NCBI GenBank assembly: GCA_029865605.1
Contig: JAOUGE010000001.1
Coordinates: forward strand, 19,840-83,839
Direction: 5' to 3'
Source of the DNA: Candidatus Berkelbacteria bacterium
Lineage (GTDB): Bacteria > Patescibacteriota > UBA1384 > DTJR01
DNA length: 64,000 nucleotides
A program made the position numbers and the translations under genes. The notes under the pieces were generated by a model. The model was not told the origin of the DNA, did not search any database, and saw only the letters and a program-made list of their open reading frames with translations. Each line of letters begins with the position of its first letter. The stretch's first letter is position 1. Positions 28,420 through 36,918 of this stretch are shown here, piece after piece.

Positions 28420-29039
28420 TGGTTGGCGGGATTTTGTCGGCGGTGAGTCATTTTATTGTCAATGTTATTTCCGGTTTGGGCTATGGCGGGGTGGTTTTGC
28501 TGATGGGAATCGAGTCGGCTAATATTCCCCTGCCCTCCGAAGTGATAATGCCTTTTTCGGGCTATCTGGTTTTTACTGGGCGGTTTAATTTGTTTTGGGT
28601 GGCGATTGCCGGCGGTTTGGGGTGTCTGTGGGGGTCGCTTTTAAGTTATTGGATTGGGGCAAAGGGCGGGCGGCCGCTGATTGAAAAATACGGCAAGTAC
28701 GTTTTGATTTCGCATCATGATTTGGACCGGGCCGACAGATGGTTTTTAAAGTGGGGGATAGCGACGGTTTTTATCGGCCGGCTTTTGCCGATTATTAGAA
28801 CTTTCATTTCTTTTCCGGCCGGTATTGCTCGGGTTAACATTTGGAAATTTTCGGTTTATACTTTTGTCGGCTCGGTCATTTGGAGTTATCTTTTAGCCTG
28901 GGTAGGGATGAAGCTCGGCGAGAATTGGGATTCGATCAAGGTCTATTTCCATGATTTTGACGTGGTGATCGGGGTTTTGATAGTGCTTGGGATTGGGTGG
29001 TGGATATATAGACACGTGAAGCATGCTAGAACTACTTGA
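28419..29039 (+). CDS. DedA/VTT-family membrane protein (start at internal ATG overlapping the upstream stop)
   Basis: GYGGVVLLMGIESANIPLPSEVIMPFSGYLVF. The ORF-track start at 28332 lies inside the upstream gene. Confidence 0.6.
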   Translation: MVGGILSAVSHFIVNVISGLGYGGVVLLMGIESANIPLPSEVIMPFSGYLVFTGRFNLFWVAIAGGLGCLWGSLLSYWIGAKGGRPLIEKYGKYVLISHHDLDRADRWFLKWGIATVFIGRLLPIIRTFISFPAGIARVNIWKFSVYTFVGSVIWSYLLAWVGMKLGENWDSIKVYFHDFDVVIGVLIVLGIGWWIYRHVKHARTT

Positions 29040-29575
29040 TCTGGTATAATCGAGCTATGTTGATTGAGTTGAGCAAACTCGAAAATATGCCTGTAGGGGC
29101 GCTGGACGAGGTGGCCTATGTCGGCAAGGTGCGCCGGGCGGTTGTTAACCCGAACGAGATAAAACTCATTGGCTTGACGGTGTGGGTGGGCACGCTTTTC
29201 CCCAGAATGTATGCGGTGTCTTTGCACGATATTGTTGATATTGATAAAGGGGGAGTGGTAGTTAACTCCCGCGAGAACCTACTGGGGGTTGGTGAAGTTG
29301 TTCGAATTGCCGAAATTGTCAAACATAGATTTTCTTTAATCGGACTTAAGGCGAGATCGAGAAAAGGGCAGGGTTTTGGCCGAGTTCAAGATGCAGTGGC
29401 GGATACGACAACGGGGGAAATTTTAAGAATTTATGTTAAAAAATTACTGGGAGATAGCCGGGTTTTTGAAAGATCGCAAATAGAGAAAATCACCTGGCGG
29501 GAAACCGTTCTAAAATGTGAGCCGGAGGAAAAAACTAAGGAAAAAGTGGTTGTTCCGGAAGCGGAATTGGCTTGA
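29036..29575 (+). CDS. PRC-barrel-like domain protein
   Basis: Two PRC-like modules (LENMPVGALDEVAYVGKVRRAVVNPNEIKLIGL); 179 aa. Confidence 0.45.
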   Translation: MIWYNRAMLIELSKLENMPVGALDEVAYVGKVRRAVVNPNEIKLIGLTVWVGTLFPRMYAVSLHDIVDIDKGGVVVNSRENLLGVGEVVRIAEIVKHRFSLIGLKARSRKGQGFGRVQDAVADTTTGEILRIYVKKLLGDSRVFERSQIEKITWRETVLKCEPEEKTKEKVVVPEAELA

Positions 29576-29597
29576 TTCATTTTTATTAAATGAAGAT

Positions 29598-29624
29598 AGG
29601 GCGGCTTAAAACCCGCCCATTTTG
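29598..29624 (+). terminator. hairpin gggcgg-cttaaaac-ccgccc followed by attttgg; first of three consecutive hairpins in a convergent intergenic region
   Basis: Seen in sequence. Further hairpins at 29624-29641 and a 13-bp stem at 29649-29694. Confidence 0.45.
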
Positions 29625-29865
29625 GCAGGCTAAAGCCTGCCGACCCACGTTAGGATAAGGGGACCTACTTGCGAAGCGTTCCCCCTATCCTAACAACCAA
29701 CCCCCTAGCTCGCTCAAAAGTTCAACCTTGCTTTCTGAAAGACACTCTGGACATTCATCCTGTTTATAAATAAAGCAGATATTCAATCCAGCTTCTTTCG
29801 AAGCGCAAGGTTGACTCTTGGGGAAGGAGCTGATTTTGGCTGAAGCAAAATCAGAATCTGTAGTG

Positions 29866-31209
29866 CTAGATCTTGAAATCAGCGATTTTTTTAGATCCAT
29901 TTATTGAGAGATAGTTGTCAGAAACTACTAAGCTGATTTTTTTGATCGTGAATTTGATTGGATTTTTTTCGAGGGATTTGTTGGCTTCTTCTATTCTCGT
30001 TTTTAACAACGGCTCGATATTCTCTGGATCTTCGAAAAATCTGATGACATTAACAGGAAATCTATACCTGCCGTAGTACTTTAATTTACCTGAGCTAGTT
30101 TCTTTTTCTAGCTCTTTTGCCCATATGAGTAATTTATCCGATAGAGTTGCCTGAAAAGCGATCGATGGAACCGGATCTTTTACATCATATTTATTTGATG
30201 GATAGATGCCTGATATTTCAACTTGTTTATCAGTTATTTTTTTGGTGAAACCCCTTACGCAACTTTTAGTTGAAGCAATAAGTGCAGTATTTTCTTTTTC
30301 GAACCTATTGATTTCTTCTTTTGTTGGGGAAACCGCTTTTTTTACTTGTTCGAAGTCAATTAGTGAGAAATGGATAGTTGAGTCGGGATATACATAGATA
30401 GGCCTTTCTCTAAGGACAGTAGAAGAGCTTAACCAGTCGAGCATAGAGGCTGTTAAATTATTGATCCTACCTAAAGCGCCTTTATCTTGCAGCCCAATAA
30501 TTACTGATATCGTCAAATGAAGTTTGTCTGGATGTGTTTCTTGTATGAACACCCGATTTGGGATGGATTTTATTTTGCTTGCTAAGAACTTTTCTAGTTT
30601 ATTAGCATCATTGTATTTAATAAACCTTCTCTGAATTGCTTTTAGCTCGTTGGAAGCTACCGTCAGATGTCTGTAGAAAAATATTATTAAAGATATCCAA
30701 ATAACAAAAAAATAGATAAATCTATCTTGGTGGTAAGCTGCATGTGTTTGTACTAAATATACTATTAGTCCAAAAAATCCTATAGAGAGCGAAACAATTG
30801 CGAGGGATGATGTCATTGCAGATGTCGACCTTCGTCTTGAATAATCAAGGATGCCTTTAGTGTCAACGCCTTTGTTTATTTCTCTCCAAAGGCAGCCATG
30901 CCAGAACGTATCGTGCAGGTTTTGCCTTTTTGTTGGCTGACAAAAGTGTTCCCACCAAGCCTTCAACCGCTTATTACTATAGAGATCTCTTGATGCGTCA
31001 ATACTTTTGAAACCAAAGAATATTCTCCATACTGCAATTACGATCTGCGAGATAAATGGTCCAAATAAGATAGCTGCTGCTCCTAGTCCAACATATAGAT
31101 TATGATATTTTAGAACCTCTTCTTTATTGAGTACATACAATGAACCAATTACCATAAATGCCAGTATCGAAGCTGGTAAGCTAATTATTGGTATAGGTTC
31201 TTTTTCCAT
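29866..31209 (-). CDS. membrane-anchored protein with C-terminal 2H-phosphoesterase-like domain (two H-x-[TS]-x motifs)
   Basis: N-terminal 4-5 TM helices. C-terminal KLHLTISVI and STIHFSLIDF about 50 aa apart match the LigT/2H superfamily signature. No close family recognised. Confidence 0.4.
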   Translation of the reverse strand: MEKEPIPIISLPASILAFMVIGSLYVLNKEEVLKYHNLYVGLGAAAILFGPFISQIVIAVWRIFFGFKSIDASRDLYSNKRLKAWWEHFCQPTKRQNLHDTFWHGCLWREINKGVDTKGILDYSRRRSTSAMTSSLAIVSLSIGFFGLIVYLVQTHAAYHQDRFIYFFVIWISLIIFFYRHLTVASNELKAIQRRFIKYNDANKLEKFLASKIKSIPNRVFIQETHPDKLHLTISVIIGLQDKGALGRINNLTASMLDWLSSSTVLRERPIYVYPDSTIHFSLIDFEQVKKAVSPTKEEINRFEKENTALIASTKSCVRGFTKKITDKQVEISGIYPSNKYDVKDPVPSIAFQATLSDKLLIWAKELEKETSSGKLKYYGRYRFPVNVIRFFEDPENIEPLLKTRIEEANKSLEKNPIKFTIKKISLVVSDNYLSINGSKKIADFKI

Positions 31210-31255
31210 ACCTAAAAAGTGCCATCAATTCGAAAAATGTCAAATTTCTAGAGTG

Positions 31256-31304
31256 GACTAAAAAATAAAACCAAAAGGCCCCAGACCGGTTAGGGTTTGG
31301 GGCC
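31256..31304 (-). terminator. rho-independent terminator (ggcccca...tggggcc plus T-run in minus sense) downstream of the high-GC two-gene cassette
   Basis: 7-bp GC stem with a 14-nt loop, then ttttggttttatttttt on the minus strand. Confidence 0.55.
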
Positions 31305-31342
31305 ATGGGCATCCCTCCTTTGGGACAACAGGCGAACGGGTA

Positions 31343-31681
31343 CTACTTGGCGCGCCGGGGACGGCACTTGGCGCGTTGTGGCGGGTGTTTGTGGCGGGGC
31401 CACTTTACTGCTGGGTTGGCGGTGTCGAAAATGTCTGCGACGCTCGTGAAGAGTGCAAGAGCATTGCGCTCTTCGGTAATCAGACCAATTAGGTCCGATT
31501 TCGCAGGGCATTCCGCAAGCACTTTTACATGCTCTACTGCAATCCCTTTCAGGGCTTGTCCGATGGCCTCTGCCACTATCGATCGATGCTCAGGAGGAAT
31601 GTTTTTCAGCACTCCTCCCACGATCGTCTGCTCGCGCAGCCATTCCGCTTGGATCTCGCGGAACTCCGTCACGGATTTCAC
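31343..31681 (-). CDS. hypothetical protein (112 aa), second gene of a high-GC translationally coupled pair
   Basis: ATGA overlap with the upstream gene; basic C-terminus; about 58% GC flanked by AT-rich DNA; no family recognised. Confidence 0.4.
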   Translation of the reverse strand: MKSVTEFREIQAEWLREQTIVGGVLKNIPPEHRSIVAEAIGQALKGIAVEHVKVLAECPAKSDLIGLITEERNALALFTSVADIFDTANPAVKWPRHKHPPQRAKCRPRRAK

Positions 31682-32136
31682 CTCCTTCCTTTCCTGCGTT
31701 TCACGGCGGTCTTCTCCTTATCGCATTTCCCGCACGGGCACTTCCCTAGCCGCCAACCGTTTTCTGCCAGTAGGGCAGAGAAGCGCTCTGTTCCTAGATG
31801 GCGCTGGATACTTCGAAAGACGGTAGGGGGAAGATATCCGATCTGTTGTACATCGATATCTTCCAGGCAGGTCGTAGCGGCTTTCGCGACGAGCTCGACA
31901 TCTTGAGGGTCGGAAGGAGTATTGCTGTTCTCGTTTAGAGCGAGCACGGCGATTAGCCCCTTTAACGCCTCCCGCCGGGGTTCATTTCCCACAAGGGCTT
32001 CGAAGATCGCGCCGCAGATATCGGCGGCGAATACGTAACCGGTGATAGCCCTTCCTAACCCTTCTATCCAGGTGCATTTCACTGATTTTCCCCCTTCCGT
32101 TGTGTCAAACAGCGCCTCATATTGAGGTCGCGTCAT
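31678..32136 (-). CDS. hypothetical protein (~152 aa from internal ATG MTRPQYE), first gene of the high-GC pair; C-terminal CPCGKC plus basic tail
   Basis: The ORF-track N-terminal extension runs into AT-rich promoter DNA. The ATG at 32134-32136 is preferred. Confidence 0.35.
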   Translation of the reverse strand: MTRPQYEALFDTTEGGKSVKCTWIEGLGRAITGYVFAADICGAIFEALVGNEPRREALKGLIAVLALNENSNTPSDPQDVELVAKAATTCLEDIDVQQIGYLPPTVFRSIQRHLGTERFSALLAENGWRLGKCPCGKCDKEKTAVKRRKGRR

Positions 32137-32212
32137 TATGGCATAAGAGGCATAAAATGTCAAGTATAGCATACATATAAAAGCATATGATAAACCCGTA
32201 AAATGATAAATA

Positions 32213-32241
32213 TTGACAAATTGTCGTAAATAAGATACAAT
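32213..32241 (+). promoter_or_regulatory. consensus sigma70 promoter TTGACA -17 nt- TACAAT upstream of the first TrmB-family regulator
   Basis: Seen at 32213-32218 and 32236-32241; also contains the partial palindrome TTGACAAATTGTCG. Confidence 0.5.
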
Positions 32242-32261
32242 ATTAAGCAAATGAAAAGCAA

Positions 32262-33026
32262 ATGAAAAACAAAGAAAAATATATTGATTCTTTTATTAGC
32301 CTAGGCCTCAAAAAACAGGAGGCAGAGGTTTATTTTGCCCTTCTTCAGCTTGGACGATCTACAGTGGGAAAAATTAGCCGACTTTCAGGTGTACAGCGAA
32401 CTTTTATTTATGATATTTTGGACGATTTATCCATTAAAGGATTAGTTACTTCGATAGAATCGGAAGGAATTAAAAGATTTTCTCCTATTCCGATAGAACA
32501 GTTTAGAAAAAGACAACTTGCGAAATTGGAGAATTTTGAGGAAATTTTACCCGAATTGAAAGCTCTGATTAAGACGACTGGAGAACGTCCCAAAGTACAA
32601 TTTTTTGAAGGCATCGAAGGTTTTATTATTGCTCAAGACGACACTCTGAATATGCCTAGAGGCAGTGAGATTTGCGCTTACTATACAGGTGAAGGGCTCT
32701 ACGAGGAACATCCAGAAATTCCCACGCGCTATGTGGGGGAGAGAGTAAAAAGGAGAATAAGCGTCCGAGCTATTTCTACAGATACACCCGCTACTCTTAA
32801 ATGGACCCAGCAGGATAAAGAGCAACTGCGGGAGAGCCGGATTGTATCTGCGGACAAATTTCCCTTTGCTAACGAGATCAACATTTATGGTAATAAAATT
32901 AGTATCTTATCGCTTCAAGGAGAAATTTTGGCTGTTGTAATTGAATCAGAAAGCATTGCTAAGACCCAAAAGGCGATTTTTGAGCTGGCGTGGGAAGGCG
33001 CGGAAAAATACAGGACTAAAAAATAA
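32262..33026 (+). CDS. TrmB-family transcriptional regulator (N-terminal winged HTH plus C-terminal sensor-like domain)
   Basis: EAEVYFALLQLGRSTVGKISRLSGVQRTFIYDILDDLSIKGLV. Confidence 0.6.
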   Translation: MKNKEKYIDSFISLGLKKQEAEVYFALLQLGRSTVGKISRLSGVQRTFIYDILDDLSIKGLVTSIESEGIKRFSPIPIEQFRKRQLAKLENFEEILPELKALIKTTGERPKVQFFEGIEGFIIAQDDTLNMPRGSEICAYYTGEGLYEEHPEIPTRYVGERVKRRISVRAISTDTPATLKWTQQDKEQLRESRIVSADKFPFANEINIYGNKISILSLQGEILAVVIESESIAKTQKAIFELAWEGAEKYRTKK

Positions 33027-33047
33027 AAACAAAAGGGACCAGACCGG

Positions 33048-34760
33048 TTAAATCACACTTTTCTGATAGCAGGTTTCGCAGTACACTTTTTCGGTTCTAT
33101 CGGGGGCGTAGGTGGTTTCGAACTCGTTTTTGCATGGGCCGGAGTGGTCGTGGTCTGTCTCTTCGCACATACACTGCCTGTGCCACAGTTTGCGCGGGTT
33201 GCGCAGCGAGAATAGGCCTTTGAATCTTTCTTCCCAGTGTTTTTTCGGTATCGGGATAGAATTTGCCATATAAAAGGCTAATTCCTGCGGCATAATCTTA
33301 AAGGGTTTGCCCGTTGTCTCGCACTTTAATATTCCCTTGAGGAGCTTCTCTCTTTCCTCCTCGTTTTCAACATAATTTTTAATATCTTTCGGCTCATAAA
33401 AAGGCCCATCGTATTTGATGTCGTAGTCATTATCTTGCCATTTGCTGCCGAGCTTTTTTGCTTCGTCTTTCTCGAGCGGGTAATAATTCATTGCCACCGT
33501 TTCGTTGTAGCCGAAAGGGCTCATTGAAATCGGAAAAAATTCTCCCCACTCCCCACGCTCGATCATCTTCTCGATTATTTGAGGCACTAGCTTTTCGTAT
33601 CCTTCTTTTGTGTATTGCTTATTCAAGATGCAATATTCTTTATGGTTTCGAAGATCGATGCAGCCGAAACAGTTTGAGACGCTATTAAGACACTCAAAGG
33701 AATAATAAACGTTTTTAATGTCGAGACACGAAACTATAAAGGCACTATTATAATGCTCCTCTCCGCAAACCGATTGGTAGGTGAGCTCGTTAGTGGCAGA
33801 AATATTAATGTCTTGGCTGTCGCGCACTTTTATATCGTCGAAAACATACTTAGCATTTTCGGCGTCTTCTAAACTGAAAACGTACTTACAGTTTTTGCAA
33901 AATTTTATCTTATCGCCGAGCGAATTTTCGCAATTGTGCTGTTCGGTTGGTTTGACTGGTAAGGCAATCATCTTTTGCCTGATCTCGAGCAGTTTCCCCA
34001 AATTCCAATCTTTGAATTCTTTGACAAATTTTTCGAATTCTTCTTTTGTTTTCTGCTCGTTGAGGATGCAGTAACTCTTATTGCGCAGGTTTTTGCATCC
34101 AAAACAGTTGTTGCAGCCGATTAGGTTCTCGGAAAAATAGCACTCCGAGGTGTTGACGCAGTTGATTAAGAATTTTGAACGGTTTGATTTTCGGCAGTCG
34201 AGGCATCCATAGAGATACTCGCAGTCAATAACAAATAGGGAGTCAACGCAATCTTTCGCGCGATAAGCCCAATTGCAGTAATAACAGTTCTCGCAGTATC
34301 TTGAGGCAAAGCACATATAAGAGTTTTTGCTGTTGCCAAAATAGTTGCCGTATTCGGAGTTCTCGTTCTCTACCTGCACGGCGGCCATGCGAGGAACTTT
34401 TTTGAGAATTTCATTGACCTGTTCTAAAAACGGCCTTGTCGGGTTATAGTCCTGGCCGTAATCAGTCGCGTCCCATTTGTCAGACCACCAGCAATCATAG
34501 CAATAGACGTTATATTCCTTGTCCGGCGAGTAGATGCTGATAATGTCTTTCTGGCAGGAGTTGCATTTTCTCTTATAGAGCTTCTGCTCGTTTCTGAAGG
34601 CGAGCCGATTTTGCTCGCGGCAATGGGGACACAAATTGGGCGGGGGAATGTCAAAAGTTTTTCCACCAAAAACAGGGGAGATTTTTTTGTAAAAGGCCAG
34701 ATCAGTGTCTGTTATCTCGAATTTAGCGCTGCAAACTTTGCAGGTTTTTGTAATTGCCAT
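33048..34760 (-). CDS. cysteine-rich protein (570 aa, >50 Cys). N-terminal paired CxxC zinc-ribbon-like motifs, repeated C-x2-C-x2-C-x8-C modules, internally duplicated ~50-aa unit
   Basis: CKVC...CPHC, CNSC...CYDC, CENCYYCNWAYRAKDC, CNNCFGCKNLRNKSYC. Duplicated NCFGC..LRN...YCILN.Q.TKE.EK.V units. Confidence 0.6.
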   Translation of the reverse strand: MAITKTCKVCSAKFEITDTDLAFYKKISPVFGGKTFDIPPPNLCPHCREQNRLAFRNEQKLYKRKCNSCQKDIISIYSPDKEYNVYCYDCWWSDKWDATDYGQDYNPTRPFLEQVNEILKKVPRMAAVQVENENSEYGNYFGNSKNSYMCFASRYCENCYYCNWAYRAKDCVDSLFVIDCEYLYGCLDCRKSNRSKFLINCVNTSECYFSENLIGCNNCFGCKNLRNKSYCILNEQKTKEEFEKFVKEFKDWNLGKLLEIRQKMIALPVKPTEQHNCENSLGDKIKFCKNCKYVFSLEDAENAKYVFDDIKVRDSQDINISATNELTYQSVCGEEHYNSAFIVSCLDIKNVYYSFECLNSVSNCFGCIDLRNHKEYCILNKQYTKEGYEKLVPQIIEKMIERGEWGEFFPISMSPFGYNETVAMNYYPLEKDEAKKLGSKWQDNDYDIKYDGPFYEPKDIKNYVENEEEREKLLKGILKCETTGKPFKIMPQELAFYMANSIPIPKKHWEERFKGLFSLRNPRKLWHRQCMCEETDHDHSGPCKNEFETTYAPDRTEKVYCETCYQKSVI

Positions 34761-34853
34761 AATAATTTTGTTTAAATATTAATCCATATAATAACCTAAA
34801 TCAATCATATGTCAAAGTGTTGACACAGTTCGACAACAATATAGAATAGAAAC

Positions 34854-35591
34854 ATGGAAATTTTGAGCGAGAAAGAAAAGAAGGTTTTGAGCGGGTTATA
34901 TGAGCTCTCAAGAGCGACGGTTTGGGATTTAAGTAAAGAGGTTGGGATAAATCGAACTACGCTCTACCCTATTTTGGAGAAACTGCTCGAGCGGGGTTTA
35001 GTTTCGAAATTGTCGGTTGAGGGACACACGGTTTATGAGCCGATTTTATACAAAGATTTTAAGCGATGGATTAGCCGCGAGAGAAAAAAAGCAAAAGATG
35101 CGGCGAATGATCTTCTCAGGTGGGTTGATGCACAAGAAAAAAATAGCGCGCCGGCGCTTTTATCTGATTTTAAATATTTTGAGGGGCACGGCGGGGTTGA
35201 GGCGCTTTATGCTGATAGCTGGCGAGAAAATAAGGGCAAAATTATCTATTGCATAACAGATTATAAAGCGGCCCTCACGACGATGGGAGATTTTTTTAAC
35301 AACGAATATTTTCCTGATCGGGTTTCTCGCGGCGTGTGCGTCAAAAACCTAGTGCCGGAGTCGGCTCTCGGCCGCAGCGAGCTAAAACGCAAAAAAGAAC
35401 TTCTGCGCGAGGTGAAATTTATTGATATTTTTGAGGATTTGGGGATCGAAGTAAATATCTATGACGATAAGATCTCCATCGTTGCTTATGATAAAAAGTT
35501 GCCCTCGGGCGTTTTAATTAAAAATGCGAAGATAGCAGAGGCATTGAGGAAAATATTCGAGTATTTGTGGAGAGAGAATAAGCGGAGTTAA
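34854..35591 (+). CDS. TrmB-family transcriptional regulator, second paralog
   Basis: KKVLSGLYELSRATVWDLSKEVGINRTTLYPILEKLLERGLV. Confidence 0.6.
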   Translation: MEILSEKEKKVLSGLYELSRATVWDLSKEVGINRTTLYPILEKLLERGLVSKLSVEGHTVYEPILYKDFKRWISRERKKAKDAANDLLRWVDAQEKNSAPALLSDFKYFEGHGGVEALYADSWRENKGKIIYCITDYKAALTTMGDFFNNEYFPDRVSRGVCVKNLVPESALGRSELKRKKELLREVKFIDIFEDLGIEVNIYDDKISIVAYDKKLPSGVLIKNAKIAEALRKIFEYLWRENKRS

Positions 35592-35863
35592 TCTAGAACA
35601 ATTTTTATCGCTTTGCCTTCAATGATTGCTCTGGAAATTTTACGGTAGGCAGAATGTAAGATGCGCTGAAAAGTGCTTTGGGAAATTTTCATTTTTTTTG
35701 CCGCTTCGATCTGATCCAGATTTTCAATGTTTTTCAACCTTATTGCTTCAGCTTCGTCGGCTGAAATTTCAATAATATCCAAAAAACGCAAAGGGATACC
35801 TTGCGGCTTAAAAAAATAAGCATTGTGCTTAAATCTGATAAATCGGCATTTTCTTGGTCTCAT
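35588..35863 (-). CDS. DUF134/UPF0251-family predicted DNA-binding protein
   Basis: MRPRKCRFI...FKPQGIP...EISADEAEAIRLKNIENLDQIEAAKKMKISQSTFQRILHSAYRKISRAI matches the family consensus. Confidence 0.7.
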   Translation of the reverse strand: MRPRKCRFIRFKHNAYFFKPQGIPLRFLDIIEISADEAEAIRLKNIENLDQIEAAKKMKISQSTFQRILHSAYRKISRAIIEGKAIKIVLD

Positions 35864-35931
35864 TTTTTGTTATAATCTTAGTGCGGGGTGCCCCGACTTC
35901 CGACGTAACAGTCGGAATGTCGGGGCGCCTT

Positions 35932-36183
35932 TTAGTTGCTTTTCAGCTCGTCAACTCTCTCGCGGACAGCCTTGAGATCCGCCTCAAGATCTTTTGCTTC
36001 ATCTTTAAGGCTTTCTAGCTCCTCGGATCGAGTCAAGTACATCCTTGGGCTATTTCCCGCTTGGCCCCAAATCCAGGGACAGGAGCGACCAAAGCCACGC
36101 CTGAATCCCGCGCCGCAGGGGCCGAGGCCTCGGCCAGTCCCCGCGCCCATTCCCATAGGGCCAGTTCCATCAAATCTTGGCAT
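35932..36183 (-). CDS. DUF5320-family small protein (from internal ATG: MPRFDGTGPMGMGAGTGRGLGPCGAG... with C-terminal coiled coil)
   Basis: MPRxDGTGPMGMG signature. The ORF-track N-terminal extension is AT-rich junk. Typical DUF134 neighbour. Confidence 0.6.
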   Translation of the reverse strand: MPRFDGTGPMGMGAGTGRGLGPCGAGFRRGFGRSCPWIWGQAGNSPRMYLTRSEELESLKDEAKDLEADLKAVRERVDELKSN

Positions 36184-36330
36184 TTCGTTCACCCCCGATC
36201 TTAATTTAGCTTGTATTATGAATATATATGCAAAATGGGGATTTGTCAAGAGGGTACTTCTCGCAGACGTTAGAAATGACATATTGGAGAAATTGTTTGA
36301 GAAATTGCTCAAACCTGTTAGGATTACCTT

Positions 36331-36906
36331 GTGCAACAGGCTTTTATTATTTTAAGTAGTGTTTCGATCTTGGCGGCTTATTTTATTTATGAGTGGTCAA
36401 TTGTAACAGGGAGAACGCGCCCTCATCGGACGACTAGATTTGTTATTTTTATCGTTGCGGCGCTTGGCGCAACGTCGCTTTTTGCCGGACAGGATCGGGT
36501 GGCAGTTTGGCTTTTGGGAATTTGCGCCATCCAATCGCTAGTTGTCTTTCTCATGTCGTTTAAATGGGGGATGGGCGGTTGGGCCAAGACGGATATTTTG
36601 TGTCTGGCGATTGCTCTTTTGGGGATTATTGTATGGCAGCTGACGGACAATCCCGCCCTTGGCCTTTATGCTGCGATCACGGCTGATTTTGCCGGGATGG
36701 TACCGGCGTTGATTAAGACTTATCGCCTGCCTCACACCGAGTATTGGCTTTCTTACATCTTTGATGTTGTAGCGGCTGGATTTACGCTTCTGGCGATCCA
36801 AAAGTGGGAGCTGCAGGGTTTTTCTTACCCGCTTTATATCCTAGTTATTAATATTGTGATGTTGATTTTGATTTTTCGTCCCAAACTTCTTCCCAAACCC
36901 GCCTGA
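36331..36906 (+). CDS. small polytopic membrane protein (6 TM), unknown transporter-like
   Basis: Hydropathy; Trp-rich helices. Confidence 0.4.
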   Translation: MQQAFIILSSVSILAAYFIYEWSIVTGRTRPHRTTRFVIFIVAALGATSLFAGQDRVAVWLLGICAIQSLVVFLMSFKWGMGGWAKTDILCLAIALLGIIVWQLTDNPALGLYAAITADFAGMVPALIKTYRLPHTEYWLSYIFDVVAAGFTLLAIQKWELQGFSYPLYILVINIVMLILIFRPKLLPKPA

Positions 36907-36918
36907 ACCTGATATTAT

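Noticed and set aside
29685-29900. 71-aa minus-strand ORF overlapping the triple-hairpin intergenic region
   Set aside because: It starts inside the neighbouring gene's 3' region and runs through terminator hairpins. It has no RBS and low-complexity Ser-rich composition.
31305-31906. Plus-strand ORFs of 173 aa and 125 aa across the high-GC cassette
   Set aside because: Arg/Ser/Cys-rich nonsense composition. They overlap the translationally coupled minus-strand pair, which has the sensible translation.
35936-36355. 139-aa plus-strand ORF opposite the DUF5320 gene
   Set aside because: It is an antisense frame of a gene with a recognisable family signature. Its Ser/Leu/Pro-rich composition is not protein-like.
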